64,000 bases of DNA from positions 16,926,001-16,990,000 of the forward strand of contig CM022673.1 in the NCBI GenBank assembly GCA_012295275.1. Reading direction: 5' to 3'. Positions within the stretch are counted from its first letter, which is position 1, and every line of letters begins with the position of its first letter. The DNA is from Chrysomallon squamiferum. Taxonomy: Eukaryota; Animalia; Mollusca. Positions 13,902 to 27,287 of the stretch are shown here, one piece after another. A model generated the notes under the pieces. The model did not search any database. It had not been told where the DNA came from and saw only the letters and a list, made by a program, of their open reading frames with translations. The position numbers and the translations under genes were made by a program.

Positions 13902-14612
13902 CAAAAGGTTATTGGCCTTGTTTAAAAAGCTTTTGACAAACAGATCCAATCAGACAGACAAATGTGACCAGGTGTGACATTTAACATTAAAGACAGGTAA
14001 ACTTTGCTACATCTCTAACATGCACAGACACAGCCACATCCTCAAACCGTCTGTCACCAGCTGAAATACCTGGAATTTCTACACCTGTGTAATACAGCAA
14101 ACTGTAGGTGACTTTTACCGCCAGTAATATCTACTGCAAGGAAAATATATTTTTCATAACTAGGTGTGTATCCAAAGGTGGAGTCTAAAAGTAGGTAATC
14201 TGTAGCTTCAGTATCATTTATTGTAAGCAAAATGTATTTTCAAACCCAGTTTAAATAGCTTCCTTTAATGAAAATGTATATTCAAACTCATTTTATAAAT
14301 CTTCCTATATCAAAAACATGAGTAGAATATTAAATTAGGGAACAGCAGACTGAATGTTAACTACTGCAAGGGAAGTGTATTTTTCAAGCCCAGGTGTTTA
14401 ATCTACCTGCCATATACCTGGAAAAATCTTAACAGCACGAGTTTGTTTGATGGCAGATGAGTGAAAATTGCGGGCAATGTTTGTCAAGGAGATGTTGAAA
14501 AGTGTGAGTTCGTTTTCACAGCGTCTTGTCTTATGTTAGTGAGACATGACTGGTTTACTGATAAACCTCAACTTTCAAAAATTTAAACCAGACTGAACCA
14601 GTCTAAGCAGGG

Positions 14613-14822
14613 CTGTAGTTAAGGCTTTGATGTCATGCTGAATTGTTACCAGTACATGGTACTGTAGTTAAGACTTTGATGTCATGCTGAATTGTTACCA
14701 GTACATGGTACTGTGGTTAAGACTTTGATGTCATGCTGAATTGTTACCAGTACATGGTACTGTGGTTAAGGCTTTGATGCTAAACTGAATTTCAACCTGT
14801 ATTTGTAGCACTGTGATTAAGG
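14613..14822. repeat. 49-bp minisatellite, ~3.4 near-identical copies plus a degenerate tail
   Basis: Unit ctgtagttaaggctttgatgtcatgctgaattgttaccagtacatggta starts at 14613, 14662, 14711, 14760. Confidence 0.95.
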
Positions 14823-17800
14823 TATGAAACGTAAAATGGTAGTATCTTGGATCACATTTTGGTATTGGCTTGTTATTGAGAGACAATTTTGTAAATAATA
14901 AGGATTCTGGTTCAAACCCTTTTGGTAAAGGTTGAAAAAATCTATCCTACTAATCACTGGGAATTAAAATTCAAATATTTTGTAAAGTCCTGTATAAAAT
15001 CACTGATATTAAAAATGTATCATAAACTTTATTTGATATCAGTAATTTTGACACTTATGTTTTTAATTCAATAAAATAAAATATATTTCATTAACAACAG
15101 CTAATATTATTTATCTTCTAGACACTAGAGCAGCTAAAACAAGTGTCTGCTTGTTACTGTAGATAATAAAAATAAATATTAAAATATGTCAGATATTTAT
15201 AGCCCATGAAAAAAATTATGTTTCCTCATAACTAAAAAAAAAAGATTTTCAGAATCTGAACATGATATTTAATTACAGCTGAGATGTCAGTAATAACCTC
15301 CACTAATCTCAACATCAAAAGATAAACAGGGATCAGTTGAGGGAGTATGTTGTAAAACTGCTGTGAGATATGTTGAAATAACTTATACTTGGTAGATGTT
15401 GTATATCTCTGATATCTCCCAGTCAACCAGAGACTTGCTGTTGTGTGAACTAGCAGCAGTATCGGTCATCAGCTCTTTGATATGACAAATCTGTGATGTT
15501 CAACATGTCTGCAGTCAGAAACAAAAGTGATCTGTTCTGTCAATTCACAGAGATCCAGCTCCATCAAAGACCTGTGTGTTCCCGAGCAAATTCACACAAC
15601 TTGTTTTGTTGTTCATTCAGCTTTCAGCACTTGCAACTTACAGCATGTCAAAGATGAACAAAAGTGGTCTTTCCAGTGTAGTGCTCTGCATTGTGTTTTT
15701 TATTATTCATAACATTCACATTCACAAACACCTGCATGAATTATAACTTTTGTGTTTATTACACAGGAACACATAACAGACATAAAAGTAACACAGCTGT
15801 TAACACATTTTCACATTAAAATATACCTATACATAGAAACACAAATACACATTTCAAAATAAACATAATTATAGAGCAATATATATACCTATAAATAAAC
15901 ACAGACATTGAAATACACATGCACACATTAAACATAGATAAACACATACAAATATTGATGGTGATGCTGTCACATGTCTGTGAGATGATAATGCCATATC
16001 AATGTGGGTGTGTGGTATATATAAATATAATATATAATATATATATATATACACACTGTTTCTCTTAAACTTCTAATAATGCTTCTTTTTGGGAGTATGT
16101 ATACATTTCAAGACAGCAAGAGTTTGGGTGTATGTGCATGTTTTGGGGTTTATAGACACACAAGCATGCTCACACACAGACATTCTCACTGTTATATTTG
16201 TATGCACATGATTTGTTAGTATGGGCAAGTGTGTAAAGTGTCTGTACATGTGTTTGTAGGTGGATATATTTGTCTGTATATATTATCACTGTTTAAAATA
16301 GAAAGTGTATATGTAAAACACCATATTTACCTAAGATTAAACATCTATTACATGTAATAACTCATGGTAAGTGTAAAAAAGTTACATTTACACCTTATAA
16401 TCATGGTCTTTTTATGTTAAAGAGGTACACACATTTCTCAGGCACAAACAATAAGCCCACTGTAAGGTGGGTCTTTTTAATTTCAAGTAATTTTCAGACT
16501 TGTCATCTGCTGTTTTGTTATCACCCAGCAGCCAATAAAATAAATGTTTGTTGAAGATTTCTTTTTCTTTGCTGGTTATTGTGTGAGTGTGTGTGTGTGT
16601 CTGTGAATGGCTGCTTATCCATAAACATTAACTTGTTCATTATTAAAGCATTGAAGCCAGTAATTAGTTTTGTTTGCCAATACTAATACAGGTAGTAAAT
16701 TATCATGTTAGTTTATAGAACAGTTAACAATTTGACATAACATATTTTGATTTATCAGAACGACTTAGTACTTGCAAGAATTATTTAATATTTTCTGTAT
16801 AGCATCACATCATATTTTAGCAGTAGCAGTTAGTATGAGTCAGATGTACGAGGCTGTTTGTTTGTAATGAGAAGTGTGAAAGATGAAGCCTGCTGCTGGC
16901 TTTCCTTGGTCACTCTAATTGATTATCAGTGAGAGACGTTTCATTCAGACAGGAACTAAGAAATGAGCAGGTTACAAATAGGATGACTGGACTTTAATGA
17001 TTCATCTGATTCACAAATGCCTGAATCATGCAGACCATGAATCACTTAGACTTGTTACATCATATGTCTTCAGAGATAATCTTCAGCTTTTGCTACACTT
17101 GGGATAATTGGAAACCACCATAATGCGAATGACACTCATAATTTAAGTGTTTGTCTTCATGATGGTTTACACTGCCTGCATGGACTGTGCTGCTCAGCTG
17201 ATACTGTTTTGGTCCTGTGAGTATGCATTGATGGATGGATACGATTTAAATGGTGGTAGGAACAAAATGGAAATGTCAGATAAGCACATTGTCTTTCTTC
17301 ACCTCCAAGACCAGCACTGAAGGGCATACTGCATCACTGCCTAATGAGATATCTCTGTTATTGTACAGGGGAGATAAAATCAAGAACAGAAATGAAGTTT
17401 CCAGATAGTCATTTAATTGTGAAATATGGAGACATTCTGAAAAGAGTTAACTAAGACATCACTCCTGAAAGCCCTGCTGGATTCAGTTTTCTTCTAATTG
17501 ACATATTATTTATAAACTCTTGCTAAATGTGGCTTGCTAAATGTTCAGCATGCTATCTTGAAATACACAGATCTATAAAAACAGGCCATGAAAAAAAAAA
17601 AACAGAAAAAAAAAACTGTTTCTCTTGAATATGAGAACATGAATCACATGCTGAAGATTTTATGCTGAAGAATGGATACTTTCAGATGAGTGTAGCAAAA
17701 AAAAAAAAAAAAAAAAAAAGTGGCATCAGAAAAAAGGCAACAGGAAAACTGGCACTGTGCAAATTTGGAAAAACTGACACCCTATTTATTTTTTTCTGTA

Positions 17801-18011
17801 TAGTTACTTAAAAAAACAAACATAAAAGTAGTTTTGAAAATACAATTAATTCATGCAATATTCCTATGTACATGGTTAACAGTATTATATCAGAGTTTAA
17901 TATCACAATTATCACATTATTATCACATTTAAAAATGTAATATACATAGCATCACTCAACCACTTGGCTTTGGTTACCATAAGGTTTGCAGCAGATGTTG
18001 TGACCAGCTCC

Positions 18012-18013
<2 letters not shown>

Positions 18014-18088
<75 letters not shown>
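18014..18088. repeat. (AC)n microsatellite
   Basis: Directly visible. Confidence 0.97.
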
Positions 18089-18092
<4 letters not shown>

Positions 18093-18554
18093 TGTATGTA
18101 TGTATGTATATATGTATTTGGTTGGTTGCTTGTTTTTGGTTTACATTTGTTTTGACTGACCATTTAATTATGAACTGTCAACAATTGTTAAACATTATAT
18201 TTTTTCCAGTGCCATTTTTCCATATCCCCCTTTCAGACATAATAGTCTGTTTATCTGTTTTCTTTCTTTCTTTCTGTCTGTTTGTCTGCCTGTTTCTATC
18301 ATCTCTCTACATCCATCCGATCAATAATCTCTAGGTGTTTGCTTGTGCATGTGGGTGTGTGTGGGTGTGTATTTGTCCATATTTCTGTCTACATACACCA
18401 GCAAGTATTTATTTCTACCCATGTGAACAAAGACACACACACTAGAACCAGGATGTTTACAAGTGAATGTACCATTTGTGACATACTAGAATTTAATACA
18501 CATTTCACTAGTTACTTTCAGAGATATAATTATAGTGTGAGAGTAAATGACACA

Positions 18555-18659
18555 GGTCATCTATTAAATGTCTCCTACAAAGTTAAAAAACAAACAATGA
18601 AAGTAAGTCATCCATTAAATGTCTCCTACAAAGTGAAACAGAAAGTAAGACATCCATTA
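18555..18659. repeat. Short imperfect tandem duplication (gtcatccattaaatgtctcctacaaagt), ~2.3 copies
   Basis: Repeated motif, seen as HLLNVSYKVK/HPLNVSYKVK in the ORF track. Confidence 0.85.
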
Positions 18660-19280
18660 CATTTTTTCAGGTCCTGTAGTTGTGTAAATCAGGTCAACTT
18701 TCTGATTACTCCTAACAAACAAATTGCTTGATCTAATTTTACAAGTCAGTTCTTCAAACCCCTTTCTATACTCACAGAATTTAAAAAATTTTTTTTTAGG
18801 AAAAGTCTGGGTAAAACAAAATGCATGTATATAAACAATTTACATGTAAAACAATTAAATATAGTGGTAAACCAAATTATATGGGCGTGTATTGAAATAA
18901 ATATTTAAAAAAAGAGGAAGAAATGTCAACCCACAGCTGTATGCTAGGATCTGATAAGTACTCAACAATCTCAACAATTTTTTATTTATTTATTTTTTTC
19001 AGAGATAAGGTTAACCACAATTTTGTGTGCATATAAAAAAAAAAGATAGATAATACTGTAATTTAATAATAAAAAAAAAAAATATAAATGTAGAAAATAA
19101 TTACCACTACTACCACTACTGCTGCTACAACTACTAATAATCACAGCATACATTATGATGATAATAACTGTATCTGTATGTCAATGGTAATATGATAACA
19201 ACAATATTAACATATATTGTGGTGATGGAAATCTGTCCAGTGATCATTATGGTAAAATAGTATTTATGAAAATTTCTCAC

Positions 19281-19301
19281 CTTTTGAGGTCCAGCAAGCA
19301 T
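19281..19301 (-). CDS. Candidate coding end of an alternative first exon (MLAGPQK, phase 0)
   Basis: ATG CTT GCT GGA CCT CAA AAG|GTGAGA, strong donor in the same phase as the 61212 exon. Confidence 0.35.
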
Positions 19302-22049
19302 ACTACACTTGTGATAATTATGTGTAAAATACACTCCTTAAAACTTTGTTTAAAATACTCCTAGTTTAGATACAGTATTTTGAGGTATTTCAAAGGTAGG
19401 TGTGGCTAAGAGATAATCTTCTGAAGTGAAACCAGTAGGTGTTCAAAGTATGCAGTGGGTGTATATTTACTGTATTGTACTAGGTGATTATGTAGTCTAT
19501 ACTACAGTCAGGAGTGCAGTTTTACTAAAATACACCCAGACTAGTTCAAGTTAGTAATTTTAACTTTTTTATTTCGCCTTTCTCAAATTTATAAATTTGC
19601 TGAATGGATCAGCTGGATTCTCAAATTCTGACATAGAATAATCCTGTGTGCAGTCTGTTAACTTTAGTGTTATAAGTTATAATTTATTAAGTTAAGTGAT
19701 AGACAGAAGAGAGAAACAAGGGATGGACAGTTACAATGAGTAAACATTATAAAATAAAAATTTTAAAAACAAAAAAGGAAATTTTTTTTTCTTTTTTTTT
19801 AAATAGTTAAAAAAAATGTATGTTTGTAAATTAAATAAACCATGGATTTCCTTATTTGATAAATAATTTATTTATAAGATGATTGATAAACAAAGTCTGT
19901 CAATAAATGTTACCTAGATATGAAGAGTTGTAAACATGCTAAAACTAATTTAAACACATTCACATGAGCAGGTGAATCCAAGATGTAAGCAGTAAGCATA
20001 TTAATAACCGGATTTCTAAATTTAAAATGTTTATTTAGGTGTTCCATATCCAAAAAAAAAAAAAAAAAAAAAAAAAAAACTTGGTAAGGAATATGTAAAA
20101 GATAATGAAATGAAAATTAAAATCTTTGTTTATGTTTAATTTTTTTGTTTTTTTTAAATTTCATATTTCATTTAGTGAATGGCAGGTGAAAATGTTCAAA
20201 ACCAATCAGTTTATCATAAGTTTTACTCACTTGTACATGTCTAAATTTAACAAAGGAAATTCAGATTTGTGTCTCAGTTTAATAGACAAGTTTGAAGTTA
20301 GAACGATATAGCTGTCTTCTGTCAAAATGACATATTATTAGTTACCTAGCAACACAATCAACATTGATATGTCCCAAGGATGGATAAAAAAAGTTTATGG
20401 ACAGTAAATGAAAGAGCTATCAAATTATAATGTCAATGAAATATAAATTATGAATGAAAGAAGAACAATAAGAACAACAACAAAAATAAATAAATAGATA
20501 GATAGATAAATAAATAAATAAAATAAAACAAAGAGTAATATCAAAGTTTTTTTTCTTTGTTATAAACATACAAACTACAACTGTTTCATACAGAGTTTTG
20601 ATAAGTTATACTTTTCAAAGATTTTTCAAGATAGTTATGACACTGAAACAGAAAATCTAAACATGTTACTGCTATCAGACATGTAAATGTCTTAATATTC
20701 AGTCTTGCAATGAAGCTCAGTGCCATCACATGATGATGTTTTATATATCATATCATAAACTTAATTAACTTTTCAATTAGCAGCACAGAATATTTATCTA
20801 TTTTTCCTCTCTATAAACGTAACAGAACCTACCAGTAACAAAACAAACAAATGAATACAACAGAAAATTAGTTACAGATTCCACCCATGTGATTAGATCC
20901 TGGAAACTGTTAAATCTGAGAAAAACACTCTAGCAGTGAGTGCAGCCCACACCAGAAAGTGAGCAAATTAAATTTATATTCCTTATTAAATAAATTAAAT
21001 TATATATTCTTTATTGTTGGTAAAATGTCAGATTCATAAATCATGGTTTCACTGTCAAGTTTTGACATGACATAAATCTGAGATTTGTTCTTTATTTATT
21101 TATTTTTTTAAATATAAAAAAAAACTGAATATAAGTAAGAGAATAGTAATTCCCCTACCAAGCTGGTAATTAGGTTTTTGGTGCTGCATGTGTGAGAGGG
21201 AGTATGAAAACAGAGAAATGTGTGTTTGATGTGAAACAGGCCGTGTGCCAGAGAACTGTAATTAATGTGTGAGTACCAGGAAAAAACCATGAAGCAATTA
21301 CTTCTAACTGAAGTGTTATCACAAATCATGGTATGATTCATTTTTTGGAATTTCCTCAAACACTCACACAAGAAAAAAAAAAAAAATAAATAAAAAAAAA
21401 AAAAATAAATAATAATAATAATAATAATAAAAACAAGTAAAACTAAAATATACTTGTACAACAACCCACCCACACAATTTTTTTTTTTAAATTGCAAGAA
21501 ACAAAAATCATTAATAAATAAGTAAAAAAAAAAAAAAAAAAAATAAAACGATAATTAAACAATAAATGTTACAAAAATATTACAAAAATATAAAAGAACA
21601 ACAAAAAAGGGGAAAAACCCCAACAAAAAACACAAACATAAAATAATATTTAAAATTGATCAATAATAAAACTAACTAACCAAAATGAGCTAAATAAACA
21701 TCCTAAAGAACTCACAGACATCTGTTATTATTATTATTTATTACTGGTTTTTATAAGTAGAAGAAGAAAAAAGCCTAGTTACATTATTTTAAAATTAAAA
21801 TGTGATTTTTTTTTTTTTCATAATTTTACAAAGTCAGTACAGATCTTTTTCTCTTTAATCCAGAATAAAATTTTAAAGCAGTTGTAAGAAAATAAAATAA
21901 AATGAAATTTTAATTAAATGAAACATGGTATACCTTTTTATTTCATGGTGTCAGTGACTTGTGTGTTATTAGTCATGTAATATAAATAACATAATTAGTT
22001 TAACACACACACAGGAAATATTTTACTTTAAAATGAAAATAGGTTTTAG

Positions 22050-22330
22050 CTTAGTGGCCTTCTGCTAAATGGCTCATAAGATCAATACTCATCATACTGA
22101 ACCATTTCCTATTCCACCAAGTGACTCATGCCTGATGATCAAAAATATACAGTGTGTGTCTTCCTGTTTATGGGGAGGTTATTATAAACTACCAGTTGCT
22201 GCTAATGTGAAAACAGATAGAGTGGGCTTCCTCTGAAGATTACAACACATCAGAAGGACTGGTTACATGACATCTACTGGCTGACAGAGGACAGTCAGTG
22301 CTCTAGTGGTGTGATTAAAAACACAACTAA
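22050..22330 (+). mobile_element. Decayed tRNA-derived molluscan SINE (Meta/MESC-domain-like)
   Basis: catttcctattccaccaagtgactcatg...tgtcttcctgtttatggggagg...ttgctgctaatg...gggcttcctct...gtgctctagtggtgtgattaaa follows the block order of an abundant gastropod SINE (recalled consensus, not aligned). Confidence 0.6.
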
Positions 22331-22631
22331 CTGGTCATTTAATAGTCACAGATGACACATGAAACAGTCTAGTTAAACTCTAAATATAAATAAATTGTTA
22401 ACATTCATATTCTGTTTCAATAATATGTTATTTCTTTCTAGGCAGGAATGAAAAATAAACAAAAAACAAAACAAACAAAACAAATGATATTAAATTTCTC
22501 TGTGAATAAATAATCTACTGTGTAGCGTTTAAAGAAGTAATTATTTGTTTTCTTTTTATCTTTTTGAAAAATCTTTTCTTTTTTTCTTTCTTTTTTTTTT
22601 CATAAAGCTACATTTTCACTTAAACAGAAAC

Positions 22632-22667
<36 letters not shown>

Positions 22668-25269
22668 AAAAAATAAAGAGAAGAAGAAGACTGTTTATAA
22701 ATCAAAGGATGCTGAACTCACCCCCCACCCCTACCCCATTCTCCAACTGTGCAGGAATAGATTAATAATTAACAGTGTAGGATCTGTGGCTTCCAACACA
22801 CACCGTATTTCTGAGCAAACACTGACTGCTTAGAAACATTATTAATGGAATCTGTTTTTTCTGATTTTATCACACAACACAGCTATGAATGTTTTACTTG
22901 TGAAAGATGATGAATTAAGCAGTATCTAATCATAGTGGTATCGCTCTTTGGCATCAAATGTAGGTAAATGTATTCGGTTGTGTCTACAAGGGGTACATTT
23001 TTTTATTTATTTTTTTTAAATAAGTAATTTAGAAAGATATACAGGTTGTTTTTAAATTTAAAAGATAATTCTGATAAAAAATTGTTTGATGGTGTTAATG
23101 ATGATAATAAAATATTAAAATAAAAATAATTATAATGATAATAATAGATATAATAAAGATAATGATGGTGATAATGATGATAGTTATAACAATGAGAACA
23201 TGAATATCTAATGACCTATGTAAGCCCTTAGATATCTGCCTATGATAAAGTTTAATTAGCTTATTCATCATTCGTTGTTTTGAGGGACCTTGCTGCCCTA
23301 GTTTGTATAAAAAGAAAAAAGATGTAATAATAAATAAATAAATAACTAATAATAGTAGTAGTATTAGTAGTAATAGTAACAATAAAAATAACAGTAAAAG
23401 TTATAATAGCAGTAATAATAAAATCAGACACAGATTTGTTTTTAAATAAAAAGACTCTGTAAAAGAGCAGCTATTTGTGAAGTAGTCCACGTTTATCTCA
23501 GACACCCAGAATACTCAGAATGAGGAGGGGAAAAAAAGCTTTCAGTAACTACTTGACCACACATCCCAATTAAAGATGTTTTTCTTTCAATTTTAGGTTA
23601 AACATGGGCAGTTTTTACAAAAACGTTGAATACAAAGCAAGTGGCATCAATTTATTTTGCAGTGTTTGATGTAGTAACTTCAGAAATTAATCACCGCACC
23701 CTGCAGAACACACTGAATGAAAGTGTTGTCTATAAACGTGTGTGAACAAACAGTCAATATTGCACTTCAATGATACATATCATCTTTCTGCCAGCCGCCA
23801 ATTTGCTTTCAATTATCTTCGCATCACAGCAAGTGTTGGCTTCAGCACACAATTGTGAAATCATCTTGATGAATTGTTAATTCATGGATGTCAGTTTATT
23901 TTTAATATAACAAGAAAAAAAAAAAAAGAAGATACTTCACTGCAATAAAATTGATGTATTCATGTCAGCAGCAATAGAAAGTTCTCTGAGATATGCTGGT
24001 CACTGTGGTATACAAATATGAAGAGATATGCACAAACAAATGTAAAATATATCTGTTTGTTCCTCTGTATAAAACTACATTGGTATAATATACAAATATG
24101 GGGATAAATTGTGAAAAATAAATCTATTTACTATACAGATTTAAGCCATATAGGTTTTCTGGATCATGTAAGAATATGGACATAGAGAACCTACGTGTAT
24201 TAATACATGTATTTGTTGAACAGGTGTAACACAGTGTAAATAGTGTATCATATGTGTGACAGTGTGTATATGCCACAGACACATTTTCATATTAATTTGT
24301 TTGTACTCTGGTACTTCTGAAACACTTATAGTTTTGTTAAAAATGCTATACTTGCAGTCATAACAAATAACGAAGAAACAAATTTATGTTCAGGTTTATT
24401 TCAACAGCAAAATGCATATTTAATTATGATTTTTGATGAAGGAACTCTATTAAACTGAACGTGGCATACAAAATATATAACATAACTGAAATATTATTGC
24501 AACTAAAAACAAATAGCAGATGGAAATATGATTAATGAATGTGTCACTAAATAGGACCTATAACACTGGCAGTGTTGCAGATCCTTAGGCAGATATAACG
24601 AATGGCTGCTTTGGACTTCAGTACAGCCTTGGAGTCAAAAAGCCTTCCTTGGGCCACTGAAACAGCTGACCAAGCAGTGTCTGTCAATATGAGAAACTCA
24701 TTAATACAGTTATATTACTGAAACACTGCCTGATATAGGATATAGGTATGAACCAGAATGATTTCTTTTTCAGATGCATTGGAAATACTGTATTGATCAT
24801 CATGATATAGATAATACATATAAAAACACATCAATATACTGTATTACATGTCCTTGAGTTGTGTAGGTTATTCTGCCATACACATCAATACACATTATAT
24901 TCACAAATGATCTATTTATAATAACATGGCTAGAAATACTGCTATGGATACTGGTGACTATTTTAAATTTGTAAATAGCGTCATTAAAAAAAAGTTTATT
25001 GAGTAGATTTATATATACAGAATTATCAAATAAAATAACACTGCTTTAGTACGCCTACTGGTACATGTCTTTCAGACTTGGCATAATTTATGAATTTATT
25101 TGTTTATTTTTTGTTGTTGGTAATTTTGTTTAATTTTATATATAGATTATATATATTTTCCCATTATAACAATTATAAACTTATTTTGTTATCAACAAAA
25201 TAAAAGATAATAATATGGTTGATATTTAAATGAGATTCAGTTGAATCATGTTGATTCTACTCAATATTA

Positions 25270-25870
25270 TCTACTCTAATCTATACCAATCTAGTCAAGT
25301 TTAATTTAAGTCTAACTGTATCTAGTAATGTCAAGCTGAGCTAAGTCAAAGACAAGTTGAATATAGTCAAGTATAATCTATAATCTAGTGTAGTTATGTC
25401 AAGCTGAGTTCACTCAAAGTCAACAATCAGTCAAATATAATCAAATCTAGTCATGTCAAACCAAGTTAAGTCAAAATCCAGTGAAGTCAATCTAATCAAG
25501 TTTAGTCATGTTAAGCTGAGTTAAGTCAAAATCCAGTGAAGTCAATCTAATCAAGTTTAGTCATGTTAAGCTGAGTTAAGTCCAAGTTAAATCAAGCCAA
25601 TCCAATCAAGTGGAGTCATGTCAAGCTGAGTTAAGTCAAAATCCAGTCAAGTCAATCTAATCAAGTCTAGTCATGTTAAGCTGAGTTAAGTCAAAGTTAA
25701 ATCAAGCCAATCCAATCAAGCCAATCCAATCAAGTGGAGTCATGTCAAGCTGAGTTAAGTTAAAATCCAGTCAAGTCAATCTAATCAAGTCTAGTCAGGT
25801 TAAGCTGATTTAAGTCAAAGACATGATGAATATAGTCCTGTCTAATCTCACGTAGTCATGTCAAGTTGGT
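25270..25870. repeat. 55-bp minisatellite built of ~5-bp AGTCA-like subunits, with alternating A/B variants
   Basis: tcatg(t/c)aagctgagttaagtc anchor at 25451, 25506, 25561, 25616, 25671, 25740, 25795; degenerate flanks. Confidence 0.9.
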
Positions 25871-26903
25871 CTGAAACTGATGTGCGTAACTCTGAAACTT
25901 CAGCCACAACAATACTGTGTGTGGGAGGTTGGAGCATAGTTTGAGGAGGAAATGATTCATGTGTTATTTTCAAAGTATCTAATTCTGTTTCAGCTGACAT
26001 GTCAGTAAACAGAAATAGTTATAACGCAAACAAAACATGATTAAAAATAAATAATGTTGGTTATTTTATTTATCTATTCTTTCTTTCATCAAGTATGGTT
26101 AAAATAAATACGTCAATATCCAACCATAAAAAGTATAATTTTGATTAGGCAAAATGTATTTATAAATCAATTATATATGTGTATGTGTGTGCAGTGGGGG
26201 GGGGTTATGAATGTGTGTATGTATTTGTGTATTTTTGTACGTAGGTGTGGGTGTGTGGTTGTGTGTATTTATCTCTGTATGTGTGGGTGTATGTGTGTGT
26301 ATGTGTATATACATCAGTAGCTTTACAGACACATTTTATAAATGTATGACAATCTGACTGTCTGTATTGTATATGTATGTTTGTGTGTACTATGATTAAC
26401 ATATATTTAAGTCAGTCTCACTTTTCCAAACTAAATAATATTCAAACTTGCACATTCTAACTGGCTGATAAGTGCAACAACACAAGAAGTAAACTCAATA
26501 AAATCCATCACATAATATATTAACAGTTATCAGATGTTTCCATATACACAAACAGAAGATAAAGTGGTTTTATTTGATTATTTATTTGCATATTTACACC
26601 CATGTTTGTTTGTAAATTTGTATCCTGCTTAAATGATGGGAAATAATATATGTGTTATGTCATGGAGTTTCTATCTGATAAAATAGATTTCTTTAAACAA
26701 ATAAATACACACACACACATGTTCTCCACAGCTTCTCTACATCTTGGATTCTCTACTTAATGTAATAGATAAGCATAAACAAATACAATATGTTCTCTAT
26801 TGCTAAACCAATATCTCTTGTTTTCTCTATGTAATGTAGGAGATTTCTATAAACAAATACATACATACAGATGGTCTTTATTGCTTCTCAATCGATGTAA
26901 TGT

Positions 26904-26945
26904 ACTTACCTGCAAAAGAAGAGGAAAAGAAAAGTTTATTAACAA
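26904..26945 (-). other. Candidate recursive splice site (ratchet point): strong 3' splice site abutting a consensus 5' splice site
   Basis: Minus strand tgttaataaacttttcttttcctcttcttttgcag|gtaagt. CAG at 26912-26910, GTAAGT at 26909-26904, ~85-nt AG-free zone upstream. Confidence 0.65.
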
Positions 26946-27253
26946 AACAATTTACAAGTTTATTAACAGAAGCATTTCATAAACAGATGGATGGATCTTT
27001 TAATAGACTTACTGAATGACAGAATGGAAGGATGAATGGAAGAATGAATGGTGATTAGATAACATGACAACGTATCAAACAGATAAATGAAAAATAAATA
27101 AATAACATGGAGGATGGATGGTCGAGTTATCAGATAGCATAAATGTTGAGTCATGAACTATTTTTAAATACAGCCTAATACATCAAACCAATCCAACACA
27201 ATCAGAAAACAGAAATAAAATATTAATACCACAATGTCAGTCTCTGTATAAAA

Positions 27254-27287
<34 letters not shown>

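Noticed and set aside
14418-14535. Minus-strand frame containing QTRAV, identical to the start of the 61391 exon
   Set aside because: Only five residues, no ATG or good acceptor, ends in phase 1 at a weak donor; treated as coincidence
14860-14930. tRNA-like sequence (ggttcaaaccc B-box); a similar one near 52140-52185
   Set aside because: No complete cloverleaf; more likely decayed SINE heads
18282-18731. Longest ORF (149 aa, plus strand)
   Set aside because: TTG start, built from GT/CA runs and a local duplication, no recognisable motif, antisense to the inferred gene
24560-24900. GC-richer stretch possibly a retroelement or exon relic
   Set aside because: No convincing motif or splice pair could be read
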